64,000 nucleotides of DNA from Callorhinchus milii (lineage: Eukaryota): contig NW_024704742.1 of assembly GCF_018977255.1 (NCBI RefSeq), forward strand, positions 1,986,001-2,050,000, written 5' to 3'. Both the position numbers and the translations under genes were made by a program. Shown here piece after piece: positions 49,929-62,789 of the stretch (its first letter is position 1; each line of letters starts with the position of its first letter). The notes beneath the pieces were generated by a model. The model saw only the letters and a list, made by a program, of their open reading frames with translations. It did not search any database and was not told the DNA's origin.

Positions 49929-50574
49929 ACTGTTAATATCAGACTATATTGAGGTGCTCACTGTTAATATCAGACTATATTGAGGTGCTCACTGTTAATA
50001 TCAGACTATATTGAGGTGCTCACTGTTAATATCAGACTATATTGAGGTGCTCACTGTTAATTTCAGACTATATAGAGGTGATCACTTAATAGACTATATA
50101 GAGGTGCTCACTGTTAATATCAGACTATATAGAGGTGCTCACTGTTAATATCAGACTATATAGAGGTGCTCACTGTTAATATCAGGCTATATAGAGGTGT
50201 CACTTAATATCAGACTATATAGAGGTACTCACTGTTAATATCAGACTATATAGAGGTGTCACTGTTAATATCAGACTATATAGAGGTGCTCACTGTTAAT
50301 ATCAGACTATATAGAGGTGCTCACTGTTAATATCAGACTATATAGAGGTGCTCACTTAATATCAGACTATATAGAGGTGCTCACTGTTAATATCAGACTA
50401 TATTGAAGTGCTCACTGTTAATTTCAGACTATATAGAGGTGATCACTTAATAGACTATATAGAGGTGCTCACTGTTAATATCAGACTTTATAGAGGTGCT
50501 CACTGTTAATATCAAACTATATAGAGGTGCTCACTGTTAATATCAGACTATGTAGAGGTGCCCACTGTTAATAT
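49928..50574. repeat. 31-bp minisatellite (VNTR), about 21 units
   Basis: Unit cactgttaatatcagactatatagaggtgct repeated head-to-tail with no spacers. Confidence 0.97.
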
Positions 50575-50730
50575 GGAGTCCTGTAGCTCAGTGGTTTGAG
50601 CACTCGCTTTGCAAGTGAGAGACCTGAGTTCAATTCCAGACAGAGGGCGAAACCTTGGGCACGTTTCCTTACTCCACACAGAGCCTAATAATAATCCCTC
50701 CAAATGCAAGGATTATTATTATTATTATTA
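50575..50730 (+). mobile_element. SINE family A mini-derivative (head fused directly to tail, Deu block deleted)
   Basis: ggagtcctgtagctcagtgg...gagcctaataataatccctc|caaatgcaaggattattatt. Confidence 0.9.
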
Positions 50731-50734
50731 TCAA

Positions 50735-50845
50735 CACCCCCAGCGCTGCATTTGGAGCGTCAGCCTAAGCTATGAGCTCAAAATCCCGACGTGAGGCTTG
50801 AAACCATTCCCTGCTGATTCAGAGGCGAGAGCACCACGAGCTGAT
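50735..50845 (-). mobile_element. SINE family B head fragment
   Basis: cagcgctgcatttggagcgtcagcct...gaggcttgaa...tgattcagaggcgagagcac. Confidence 0.7.
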
Positions 50846-51835
50846 GCATTTTTATAGCAAATTCCCTCGTCTGTGTTTAAAATAACCTTTTAAGAGGAGG
50901 ATTAGTACCTGTCGAGTGAGCCTTTTCTTGGCTAGTGCTCAAACAATGCGGTTGTATACGACTAAATTGCAAACGTTTCAACAGACCTGTGAAATTAAGC
51001 AACGAATACACTGAGGAAAACAATATTATAAGAAGGGGAGTTGGGGTGGGGTGTCACTGATGAGTTTCGAGGGCAGGGAAAATTTCTTTTGAGTACACTA
51101 TTCGAATGAAATCTTCACTGCCCTCAAATTTGCTTAGTGAGTGGGCACGGAGGTCAATGCGGGGATACTGACTTAAATTTTCCGTGGGCTACAGCGCTGA
51201 GCGGCACGCAAATTCAATTATCTAATCAATATTGGATCTTAACCGCGAGAGGATTGGATGAAAAGGAAAGCGTCAAGAAAGGGATTGTATTCTCACTCAG
51301 AGCAATTCAGCCCGCCCGTCCTACGAGCCCTCCTGCCAGCATGTCAACTGCAGTCATGTCACCTGCTCGTCAAATTGCCTTTGACAAATCTTTTGTGTTA
51401 GCGGTATTAGCGAATCGATCAACTCAGTAGCTGGGGGGAGAAAAAAAGAAATAATGGCTTTGCGCCGCACACTACAACCCACCAAAGAAAGAAAAAAAAT
51501 GCTTTGTATTCCCTTAATAGCTTGTCTGAATTTCAGCTCTGCGTTTATATAAAAAAAAAGCTACTGCGTGAACCAGATGGAGAGAGTTATACAAATGGCC
51601 ATGATTATAAGCTGTACATTTAAGGTGTCTGATCGATCTAATTATGTGCTGTTCCCTTGATAGACTCTGCTGGTTAGAGCTGGAGATAGAAAAGTTCCAA
51701 AAATTAGTGCTAGAATGAGAAATTCCACCTGGTCTATATTCACTCTACTTCTGTTGTATTTCGGAGGATCCAGAATTTGTTAAAGTCTTATTTGCAGCCC
51801 TCATTTGGAAACTGTTTTCCTGTAATAATACTAAT

Positions 51836-52172
51836 GTAATAATAATCCGTGCATTTAGTATAGCGCCTTATCACGTCATTGAGATGGCTCAAAGCGCTTC
51901 GCAGGATGGAGTGAGTGACCAATTTTATTTGGGAAATTGTTGGCCAGGACACCATGGGAAACTCCCTCTTTTTAAATACTGCCATAGGATCTTTAAAGTG
52001 CACCTGGACCTTGGTTTTACATGTCATCCAAAGGACCCCACCTCCGTCAATGCAGCAAATCCCCGGCACTGCATGACTGTGTCAGCAAACACCACACGAG
52101 TTCCAAGTCCTGATGCGGGGCTTGAATCGTAACCTTTTGACTCGGGCAAGAACGCTACCATTTGAGTCAGGC
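51836..52172 (-). mobile_element. SINE family B with an internal deletion
   Basis: Tail rc ataatccgtgcatttagtatagcgccttatcacgtc; body tggccaggacacc; head rc aaccttttgactcgggcaagaacgctacc. Confidence 0.82.
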
Positions 52173-53187
52173 CAGATCTGTTTGCAAGTCGTACAGAAAA
52201 CATCCCATGAAATCTACGAGGAACAATAACGGAACATGTTTTGACTGACGTCTATATGAATTTGGTCGTGGGTCATGAGCTCCCCTGTTGAATCTGCCTG
52301 CACAAAGCTTACTTTGGCTAAATTCAGACCGCAGTTTGATGGCCCAAATTACAACTTGTGCCCTTGCACTTTTGCGACATACATACATCGAAGGTACGAT
52401 CCTGAAAATATCCAGGTCATAACCCATTCTGTCTATTTTGATGGCTACCTTAGGTGATGGGAAGGCACTGCGATTGTATTGAATTCAGTCTGTGTCAGAT
52501 TCTCCACCCAGCTCAGAACAAGCTAATTATCCCAGGGTTTTAGGGCTGTCAATGCCAAATGGTCTCACAGTTTGCAACGCAGAAGAGCAAGAAGCCTTGG
52601 GGATTCACCTGGCCTCTTTTGCAGGACAGACTCTCTCCAGCAGTGTTTTCAAACTATAAAAGGAGTCGTGATGTGAAGGTGACTGAATAGAGGACGAATA
52701 GAACAGGTTTAACTTTTGCAACCAGGTCACTGTGAATAATTCAGTACGGTCTTACAATTCAGTGCGTGCGGTGAACTCACATGTAGGTATCTTATAATTA
52801 GAACAGATTCCCCTTCTCTCTTTGAAAATTGTTTGTTTAAAACCCAAAAAAGGTTTTGAGCAGACAGCTAGTTGGAGAGGAATTAGACAAAACCCCGCAG
52901 ATCATGCAAATTAGTTTGCAGAGCTCAGTTTTCAGGAAACCGTGTGCATAATTCACTGTGAATAAAGTGATTAAAGAGAGGAGAGAAAAATCACAATCTT
53001 AAAGGATATTTAACAAAGGTGATAACAATCCCACGTGGATAGTAGTTTATTTCTGCATCAGAAGAATTGTGTCTCAGAATCAAATCCCAGCTCATGTGAT
53101 CGTATTATAAACAATACAATAATAAATTGCATTTGAATAGCGCCTTTCACGTTGGAAGGACATCCCAAGGCGCTTAACATTCTGTCC

Positions 53188-53468
53188 ACCTGTGACCAGG
53201 GCTCCTACTGTCTCCTCGTCCTCCTCGACCTCTCTGCTACCTTTGACGCTGAGGACCACTCTGTCCTCCTCCACCGCCTCTCCTCTCACTGCAACCTTCA
53301 AGCTTCTGTCCTCGAATGGTTCAGATCCTATCTCTCACACCGGCTCCACTTTGTCTCCACAAATGGCTTCTCCTCCAGCCCCCGCACTGCCTCGTGCGGC
53401 GTTCCTCAGGACTCTGTCCTCGGTCCCCTCCTCTTCAACCTGTACAAGCTCCCTCTTGGCGACATTGT
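53188..53468 (+). pseudogene. L2 reverse transcriptase domain fragment (an antisense L2/SINE tail lies at 53113-53175)
   Basis: LVLLDLSATFDAEDHSVLLHRL ... WFRSYLSHR ... GVPQDSVLGPLLFNLY, corresponding to the non-LTR RT motifs DLSAAFD and GVPQGSVLGPLLF with substitutions; truncated. Confidence 0.92.
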
Positions 53469-56400
53469 TGTCTGTTTACTGTTGGATTACTGATTCCAAC
53501 AGTAAGGTATTGATTACAGAGGTTAAAGTTACTGCTCACAACAGGTAAATGTCAAAACAACCTGAAGTTGCAGAAACAATTACTCCGTTCCATGTAAAAT
53601 ATCAACATGTTCCCATTATAGCATGTTTTTATGCCTCTACAAAAGACCAAAACAGCGGGAATGCATTCAGTTTCTTAAAAAAAAAGCAAGCGATTTCTTG
53701 AAAAACCTTAACATTTTAATCCGGCTGTTGTCTCCGCAGCTACAGTGATTTAATAAGCCTTGATAGAATCCAAATGTAATGCTCCATTTCTCTGAATATT
53801 CAGATGGTAAGAACTAGATTTTGTTTGACACAAACATCCTGACTCTGTTGCCAAGGCAATCAAAACCAATCTGAGCTTCAAGAAGAAATTGCTCTGTGGC
53901 ATGCAAACGGTGCGCAGAATTATGGGGATGAAAAAGCAGAGTAGTACACAAACTAAACTGTTATTTTATCTCCTTCCCCTCTGTGGTTGGTATTTTGGTT
54001 CAAGCGCTGTCTCAGGACCTATGTTTGGAGGACACTTGCCCTTGCTGTCATCGCCCATTCTCCTCTGTAACTGATCATCGGGAGATGTGTAACAATAATT
54101 TGGGTTGATGTTTTCTGCCAGTGGAGGAAGCACTGTGTGTTTGCTCTGTACAATAACAACACTATGTCTAGGAATATTCATTGATTAATTGTCTTGAAGA
54201 ACTTGATCATTTAAAGGCTTTGCTTGAAGTTTGATGTAAAACTAGTAGTCGGGACTGACTGGTACTGGAAGATCTAGGCGGCTTGTTTTTTTGTACGTGT
54301 GTCAAGTTGAATAGATTAAAGTCCACTCAGATGAACTCGAACAGAAGAAATTGTTTCCTCTTGGAAAGTTATTGTTCACCTGGGGCTGCAAAGAGAAATG
54401 GGCAGAATAGTTTTATCGCTTTTGTGCACTCGCACGGTAAGTGGAGTCTGTAAAGCATTCCCTGAGCTACCGTCATCAATAAGAGGGAAAAGTTTACAAG
54501 AAGACTTCACTTTAGGACAAGCTTTAACGCAATGTTATTGACAAATTCCATTCAGTAAGAGATGGCACAATTTAGTCTTTGAGCATCAAGCTTTGACAGG
54601 TGACAAGCAGACATTAAGAGTCTAATGTAATGGCATCAAGTGATGCTGTAATGGCACCAAGCGATACTACAATGTTTAAAGCAGAGATTTTAAATAATTA
54701 AGTGAAGCAATGCGCCAGATGGTCAATTTAAATCCAAAGCAAGCTTGCTGAACAGAGTTGGTAGTAATATCAAATATACAAAGAGTCACAGATTCGGGAA
54801 AAAAAATACTCTTAGCTTGGTGTAATCTTTAAAACAAAACTTAACTCACAAACTCCGTATGATTAAGTGGATTTGCAACGTTTGCCGCTTTTTGATGATC
54901 ACATCTGCCACCTCCTGTATTTCCTGAATGTTCTGGGGCTGGTATGGTGTGCCACGGTTGAACGGTTGTTACAAAAACCTAGCGCCAACTATCATACAGT
55001 AGACCGACAATTTACAACATAGCCATTCACAAAACAGGGATAGTTCTGCAATCCCTATGCCGTTTGATAAATGTGGACTGTAAGGGTTCGTGTCACCTAT
55101 AGCTAAGTGGCCTCTGTCACCATATTTTCCCTTTCGCGGTTCCTAGTGGAACCGCATTTGTTTAATTAATTGACCAACACCAATCGTAAATGTGTGGCAC
55201 CTCAATCGATTCATTTTACATCAATTGAGCCCCCAACTCAAGAGTATTTTGCACTTCAGATGGGTTCATGGTACGAACCCTGATACTATTTATTCCCCTC
55301 CTTTTAATTTAGCGGAACTCAAGCAGACTTTATAGAAGTAGTTCTTATTAAATGCCATTGCCCTGGCTTAACTCAATCGCGATAACGTAGATAAACTGTC
55401 GCAACATTCAACAGTAAGCTTTCGATCTAAGAACTGATATGACACTATACTAAAGACTGGCAGGAACTCCCCAAATAATAATCAAGAGAAACCAATTTTG
55501 ACTGGGAGTTCCACCCCCAGTCAGGCACGCACCTTAATCTCCACGTCAGCAGACGGAAGTGAACCCCAAAAAGAATCAGCGACCTTGATCCTTTCCAATC
55601 CACCTAACTTATACCCCCTTATTCCCGCCAAAAGGACTTCAGGTTCCAGGCGGTCTGCTTAATGTACAGTTTGAATTCCGGTTAGACATTGCCTTGTCCG
55701 AAATCACGTGCGTTTCCCTCACTTTTTGGGTCTATTTTTCTTAAGCGCCCCCCCACCCCCGCCGCCTCCATCTAGTCTTGACCCACTCCAAGCTCAATTT
55801 CACTCTTATTCTCAGTTCCCACTCGATTCAAGTTCGTTCCTGCAACGTATAGCAACTAATCCATGGATGTGTACGTATGGTCTCGACAGCGAAAACAAAA
55901 AGGTTGCACCACATTGCTTTTAAGTATTCCATCACGCATTCCTCCCACAGCTTTCTCCGCAGTCAGAATCATTCAGTGATTCTACATCACACATCCAGCA
56001 TTTACACTGCGAATTCGAACATGAAACTCATTATAGGTTAGTCCGGCTCGCCACAGGACCCAGCAAGCCACCACAGCGAAAGGCTGCACATTTATTGTCA
56101 AACCGATGGAAGTCTGGTGTGAATAAAGTTGTCTCCCACGTTGTGACCCTACAATCTGTGAGGTTAGCGTTAATTTCCTTTGAGGATTGGGAGATATTCG
56201 CTGTTTGTTTTTCATTCGGGAGATTAAGTGGGATGATGAGTCCGGGCTGTCCCCAAGCGGTAATGTTGTGTATGGTTTGTGCAAGAAATTGTGACATTAT
56301 CCATTACTGATAATTGTAAGTCAATTGATGTTCTGATAACCGAAGCCCGAATCCTTCTATTCCATTTGATTATATACAACAGTCTTCCCATATGAGTCTA

Positions 56401-57605
56401 AAGGACTGTTGAGGGCAGGGAAAGGATGGGATGTTGTCTGAGCAGGAAAACCGATCTGGGCTGAATCGTGGTGAATCTGTGAATTTTCTGGAGAGAATGA
56501 TAGATTAATGGGCTATTTAATCAGTCAATTCAATTTCCCAAAGAATTCCTGCTATCTCAGCCTGTGATGCTCCAGAATTGTTTTGAATTCCAACCGAAAA
56601 AGTCGAGTTCAGTTTTGAAAACCTGCATTCTGTCTTGTTCCATCTGTTACTGTAGTTTGTTGCACATACTTATCACCCTTAATAATAATTCATCTTTACT
56701 TTCCATTTGAAATATTTAAACCCTGCTCAAAAAAAAAACACCAGCTATAGTGGTTGATAGTTTCTGGGCGCTGAAGATAAGAAAAAGACAATTCTCTTGC
56801 ATCTTATCCATATGAGATAGTCGCAATACTATCAAATAACAGCTACTGAGATAGATTGCAATGCAGAAACAGGAGTAACGTAATACCTATTGCATGGAAA
56901 CTTACAGTTTAAGCAACTTATCCCAGTTCCCTATGAGAATTCTCATGGTCTTAGCCTCCGACCTATGGCAGTGAAGATTCATTGCCTTAGAATAGAGGAA
57001 GTACAGTGTTTTCACAGCAATTGGGCCAGCAGATTATTACTTTTGGATCCAACAGGAAAGAAACACGGTAGGGAAAGATCCTGAGCCTATTATGAAAAGG
57101 TTGAATATGATAGCCCTTGGGTGCCTTACTGATTGCCCATTAAAGTCTGCTTTACCAGAGGCAAATTGGCAAGTGAGAAACCAGCTGATAATGAAGAAAA
57201 TGATGAGTTGCTGAGGTTTAACCAATTTAAAAGTCCATTTTGCTCAACTGTTGTTTTTTTTTTTCAAAGTTTGCTGGAATTTGTATTGCTAGGGCCGCAC
57301 CAGCGGGGTTTTTTTTTCAGTAATGCGCTTAATTGCGTGGAGTGAAACCCCAACTGGGTTTAGATTTACTTTGTTATCCCAGCAACGAAGAGCGTGCAAC
57401 ATTCAGCCAATTTGTTGAACTCAGTTTGAACTATCAAGCCATTTCTCTGCTATTTTTCGGTCAGCTGCAGGTCTGACACATGCAGAATCCCATCGCCGTG
57501 CTTAAGGGTTCTTGTTAATCAAAAATCACACATTTTTTTCCTGCGACGTCCACACGGCATATACACAGTTCTCAACATCTACGCATCTGACTTGCTATAA
57601 AGCAG

Positions 57606-58060
57606 GTCAGCCCTGCTCGGTTGATAGCACTCTTGCCTCTGAGTCAGAAGGTCGTGGGTTCAAGCCTCATGTCAGGACTTGGAACGCCTATAGCCTACAC
57701 TAACACTCCAGTGCGGTGCTGGGTGTGTGGTTGCATTGTCGCAGGTGCCATCCTCCAGCTGAGGCATTAAACTGTGGTTCCATCTGCCCGTTCAGGTGAA
57801 TGCTAATGGTCCCATGGCCCTACTTAAAAAGAGAGAGGGGCATTTCTCCCGATGTGCTGGCCAACAATCCTCCAAATAGAATTAGGTCACTCACTTCCAT
57901 GGCTGTTTGTGGGACATTTCTGTCTGCGACTTGGCTGCGTCATTGCCCACAAAATACACAGTGACTAGAGCTTAGAGTATATCCTGTGAAGCACTTTGAG
58001 ATGTCTTGACGACTTGAAAAAGCACTATATCAAATGCAAGGATTATTATTATGATTAATA
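57606..58060 (+). mobile_element. SINE family B, full length
   Basis: gatagcactcttgcctctgagtcagaaggtcgtgggttcaagcc head through atcaaatgcaaggattattatt. Confidence 0.9.
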
Positions 58061-58702
58061 TTATTATTTTTATTATAAATCCATTGGAAACCTGGATGAA
58101 ATTAATCCATTAAATATTTAGGTGTTGGGGAATTTCAATGACCGCACTTTGTACCTAACAAATTGATTTCCAGGGGCCACAGCGCTGCTCATTCTTTTAG
58201 GTCCTCGGGCACGCCCACATATTCTACGGCTGTCGGCAGAGTCTTGCTGTCTGGGAATAGGGAAGTTTGCTGAAAGAAATCGACTAAGAATAAACATGAA
58301 ATGAGGGCACCAATGAAAAGTGGAACACTGCACAAAGGAGGGGAAGAAATGGAGTAAACGTGTTGCTTTGGAATCTGTACATTGTGCATTGTGCTAAAAC
58401 TTTGAACAAAATACAATATCCAAGAGGGTTTTTTGTCACTGAGCACACATAGGGATGCATTACGAAATGTGAGAAATGTGCTAGAAAGAAGTCTCCTCAT
58501 TCGAATTGGGGCACTTCAAAGCAATGCCGAGACGAGTATGTGTTACTGCGAAAGGAAAAATCCAGTTAGAATCAGATTTATAGGAAGATTCAGAGTTACA
58601 GCACTTACAATAACTCGCCCTCTCGGGAGGAACAGTGTCTGGTGTGCGACTTGGGCGCTTCACCACTTTTTTCGCTGTGGTACTGTAACCATTTTTTCAC
58701 CC

Positions 58703-58985
58703 AAATGATAATATTTGGAGGATTGTTGACCAGGACATCAGAAGAAATTCCCTTCTCTTTTCGAACAGGGCCATGAGATGTTCAGTGTCCACCTGAACGG
58801 GCAGACGGGAGCTCGGTTTAACATCTCATCTAAGGCAACCCCCCCACCCACCCTCTTCCCCCCCCCATGACCCCCCCCAGCACTGCATTAGAATATTAGT
58901 CAGCTCAATGAGTTCCATATCCTGATGTGAGGCTTGAACCTGCTACCTTCCGACTCAGAGGCGAAAGCGCCACCAACTGAGCCAA
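58703..58985 (-). mobile_element. SINE family B, 5' two-thirds
   Basis: tccacctgaacgggcagacggg, cggtttaacatctcatc, ccttccgactcagaggcgaaagcgccaccaactgagcc. Confidence 0.85.
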
Positions 58986-59005
58986 GTTGACTGACAAACC
59001 ACCTT

Positions 59006-59105
59006 ATAATAATAACAATAATAATCCTTGCATTTGATATAGCGCTTTTCACGTCGGGAGGACGTCCCAAAGCGCTTCACAGAACACACTGTAAAGTGAA
59101 TTGAC
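59006..59105 (-). mobile_element. SINE family A, youngest subfamily, 3' fragment
   Basis: Identical to the rc of ~26206-26290. Confidence 0.92.
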
Positions 59106-59307
59106 TTGCAGGTTTCACGGACCCAGTAAGCTGTCCGCCGGTTTTCAGAGATTTGATTACGAGCCAACGCAAGTTCACGGGTGTAGGGCCACAAGTTACT
59201 GAGGAGGTTGTCTGCGTCCAACGCCTCCAAGGCTACGCAGCAAACAGAGTACCGCTAATAGGTAGCCAAGTTCCTGGCGGGCACTGCCGTTACCCGTGCA
59301 AATCACC

Positions 59308-59404
59308 GCCGTGCGCAATTGGCTGCCGCGTTTCGCCTCGAAAAACACACCGTCGATTCGCTTCGACAGTACGTTTCTGCGAAGCGGGTTGAGACGTCTC
59401 GAAG
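59308..59404 (+). mobile_element. SINE family A Deu/tail fragment, CpG-enriched
   Basis: gtgcgcaattggctgccgcgtttcgcc...gaagcgggttgagacgtctcgaag. Confidence 0.8.
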
Positions 59405-60026
59405 TGCCGTGCGCGCGGGTGACTCGGCAGCCCTGACGTCCGGCAAGATTTCCTGCGTCCCATGTGCATGGAAGGAGTGCACGGGAAGCGACGTGAGCAG
59501 CAACGTGCGATCCAGAAGTCAGCCGTCTTTTGGCCGGGGAGCTGGCTGTGCCACACCTTGTGGTTAATCACAGTACACTGTGCTCCGAGGCGCCCTTATG
59601 TCTGTAGCGAAAATATTTCAGTGTTTTATTCCACATTCTGGTGTTTATTTTACGTGGAAGTCCACGGACCTCAGAGTGTAGGAAAAAACACAGGTATTTT
59701 CACTGGAGTACCGCCAGCACATTTTAGTCAACCCTTATCTATTCGGGCCTCTTGTTCTTTTATTTTTATCTTGTGTAATTAGGATGAAACTGCAACAAGG
59801 TTGTATGGTACTGACGAGAGTTTTGTTCCAATACAGGTTTATAAGCGCTTAGTTATTAATTGATATCCCGCAAGAAAAGAAATCTGTCTTGTCAGATTGT
59901 GCTTTGGGAGCTATTACCCATTCAGCATGTGTGATACCACATGCACTGTGGAATTGATAATAATGTCTTTACTCATGGTGAAAAAGAGCAGCACTTGAAA
60001 ACAAAGTCTTTAATACGTACACGTAT

Positions 60027-60104
60027 ATGGGTGAAGTTTGGAGTATTTCGCAATGCATAATTCTCATGAGGAGCATGCTACGAAACGGAGCAAACTTCAC
60101 CCCA
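60027..60104. mobile_element. Short MITE-like inverted repeat
   Basis: gggtgaagtttg (60029-60040) and caaacttcaccc (60091-60102) form a perfect 12-bp IR, with further imperfect internal pairing. Confidence 0.4.
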
Positions 60105-60360
60105 TTATAACATAATCTATTAATAAATTCAAGGATTTAATTGCAATCTCTGAGGTTTCGGGATCATTTACAAACTGCTCAAGCGTCGTACTAATGATCT
60201 GTGCCAGAATCTCTTGACTGAATAATGTGCATACCAGTTATCTAATATTATAATTGAAACTAGAATTTTATGGTCTTTGTTGAAACGGCAAGCAGAGTGA
60301 CAGACAGTCGGGCCATCTCAGGAATACTGCTCGCTCCGTACGTCTGCGGCTAGTTGGTTA

Positions 60361-60590
60361 GGAACATAGAAAAGCAGGAACAGGAGGAGGCCATTCAGCC
60401 CGTGGTGCCTTTGACAACATAGTGTATTAGATCTTTTAATCCCAATCACTCACCCTTTCGCTATACAATACATCTGCCATTCTCCCCACCCACTCCCCGC
60501 ACCCCCAGCGCAGATGCTCAGCCAGCAGTGTCAAGCACTTTGAGACATCATCTCGAGGCGAAAGGCACTGTAGAAATCTAAATTTGTATT
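60361..60590. mobile_element. CR1 terminus (-, 60361-60410) and L2 tail (+, ~60480-60590)
   Basis: gaacaggaggaggccattcagccc; aagcactttgagacatc...gaaaggcactgtagaaat. Confidence 0.6.
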
Positions 60591-62789
60591 GCCTCGTAAG
60601 TCAAATCCACCTAATGCCTAGCTATTTTGAAGTGACTACAGGGATGATAAACACTACGGATTGTGTGTTTTCTTTTATGCAAACCGCTTATGTTTAGATG
60701 CTGATATCGAGGGAAAACAAAGAGTTCAAGTGAGAAGAAAAGTCTGCATTCGTTCAACTCTCGTGAACCGAAGAACTCCCATCATCCATAATGAGCCAAA
60801 GTATTGTCATACATCATTCAGAAAAGAAAGAAATAATAGTTTTAAAGACAAATCTCTGTGCCTTGTAGTTGGTGTCGGTGGTGTCTTGTCTGGAATGGGT
60901 TACTCCGAAGCTGTGTTCGCATATGTCATTTGATGAAAGATCCTTTAGGGCAGTTAGACTACAGCACAGGAATACAGCAAAGGAAAAATAGGGCACAGAA
61001 TGAAAACGTTCCTGGCCAGAACCTAGCTGTCATCATACCTCAAAGCAAAAACATGACGTTATTTGCTCTTCTCCCACCCTCTCCTTTGCCCCCGTGCCTT
61101 TATTCCAACTTGGTGAGAAACGAAGCTGTTTTACTGAAATCGTTTTCCGCGGTAATTCATTGTATTTTCTCGCTTTGAGGCTAGCGAGGGGTTTGGATAG
61201 AACACTCCGTTTGAAAAAGTCTCTCGTTCGCAAGGTCATTGTAAGGTTTTTTTTTGTTTATTGGTTTCTTATCAAGTCACGGGTTTTAAGCATTTATTTT
61301 CTTTGGTGCTTTCAGACGCAGTTAACATCAAGCATTTTCAGTTCAGATACCTCGCGGGCGTTAGATGCTACACTGCCCCAAGCATTAAGCACCCAGCGCT
61401 ATTCATTACCGGTTCTCAAAGCAGCTCTTGTGGTGACCTCTTTAAGGTGAGGGATTGAACACGATATCCTGGGAGTCTGAAGTCACATGAGAAAGTAGTC
61501 AGATTTGTTTGCCCTGCGGCAGGCAGAGAGTTGGTAACGGTTCATAAGCGTACGGTGCTCCATTTAAGTCCGCAAGTTCACATTTTGTAATCCATTTATG
61601 CTAATGGCAAGCTTCTCTTCGTGCCTCCGTTGTACTGACGACGGGGGTATAATGGCCGCGTTTTTTTTTGAGAATTCCTTTAAATCGGGTACGTGAATCT
61701 GTTTTGGGTAACTGGAAGTAAGCCATGCCAACTGGGAACTCCTCTCAGGTGCAGTCTACTTCTGGAGCGGAGTTCTGCAGAAGATTTGAAACGCAATCTC
61801 GTTGAGGAATACCGCAAATTAGACCCGTTCTACCACAACTCTTACTTAGAAGATTCATTTGAACCTGATAAAGAAACTGAGGCTCAGCAGGATAGTGTTG
61901 AATCGCGCGGATTTCTCCAGGAATGTTACGTACTGACTAAAATTGCTCCCTTTTCTGGCATTTCTCCTCTGTATATCAGCCACGTTCTCCTTTTCGTAGC
62001 TTGACAAAATCATATCCCGCTTTGTTTCTCCAGTGCCTGATACCGTGTTTACTATTCCGATGACTGTCCTTTCTCTAACCCTCACCGGCAACCCAGATGT
62101 AGATTTTCCTGTGTTGAATGGAGGCTAGAATTCACAGCAAACGATCGGAGAGACGAAGATTGAGCTAACAAATAGAAGTACAATTGTTATTATTATTAAG
62201 CGTTTTTAAAAAAAAACGTTGTTTACATTTTTTTTAATGTTAAAGAACAAATATTAAGAAACTAAGCTACGTTCATTACACTTTCCCTCAGTGCTTTGTA
62301 ACGGCATCCACTCCTGGAGTAAATCCGCTGAATGTGATGAATAACAATTCTTGCATTTGATATAGCGCCTTATCCATTCAAAGTGCCCCAAAGAATGTAA
62401 TGTGAAGAATTTAATGTAAAGCGTAGTAGCTGTATATTTAATCTTCCCAATGCAGTCAGTCTGGACTCACATATATTACCACTGCAGCCAAGGAGAAAGC
62501 AGCCGAAAACAATTTAGATGAGGCAGGAATATTTCTTGGACTCATCAAAAGCAAAGTACATCACTGATGAATATACCGTTGATGCACGAGGTCCAAATCT
62601 GTTTCAGATCCTTCAGAAAATCTTCTGCACCTGTTTTCTCCCTTCAACCCTTTCCCTGAGATTAGATTTTCTTTTTTCACCCTCCAGCACCTCACCCCAA
62701 GCGACTATCGTTCACGTTTAAGTCTTTAGTAAATTTGGGGCAGGGGATATTGGAGGGGGATATCTGAGTGAGGTGCTGAGTTAAAAGTT

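Noticed and set aside
49928..50574. CRISPR-like array (31-bp repeats)
   Set aside because: Units are contiguous with no unique spacers, there are no cas genes, and the context is vertebrate. It is a minisatellite.
53152..53493. Functional reverse transcriptase or a novel RT system
   Set aside because: It is a short fragment with mutated motifs (GVPQD) that ends before the YADD catalytic motif; an ordinary L2 relic.
54626..54668. 21-bp tandem duplication (also short ones at 7714-7738 and 42821-42844)
   Set aside because: Ordinary slippage duplications of two copies.
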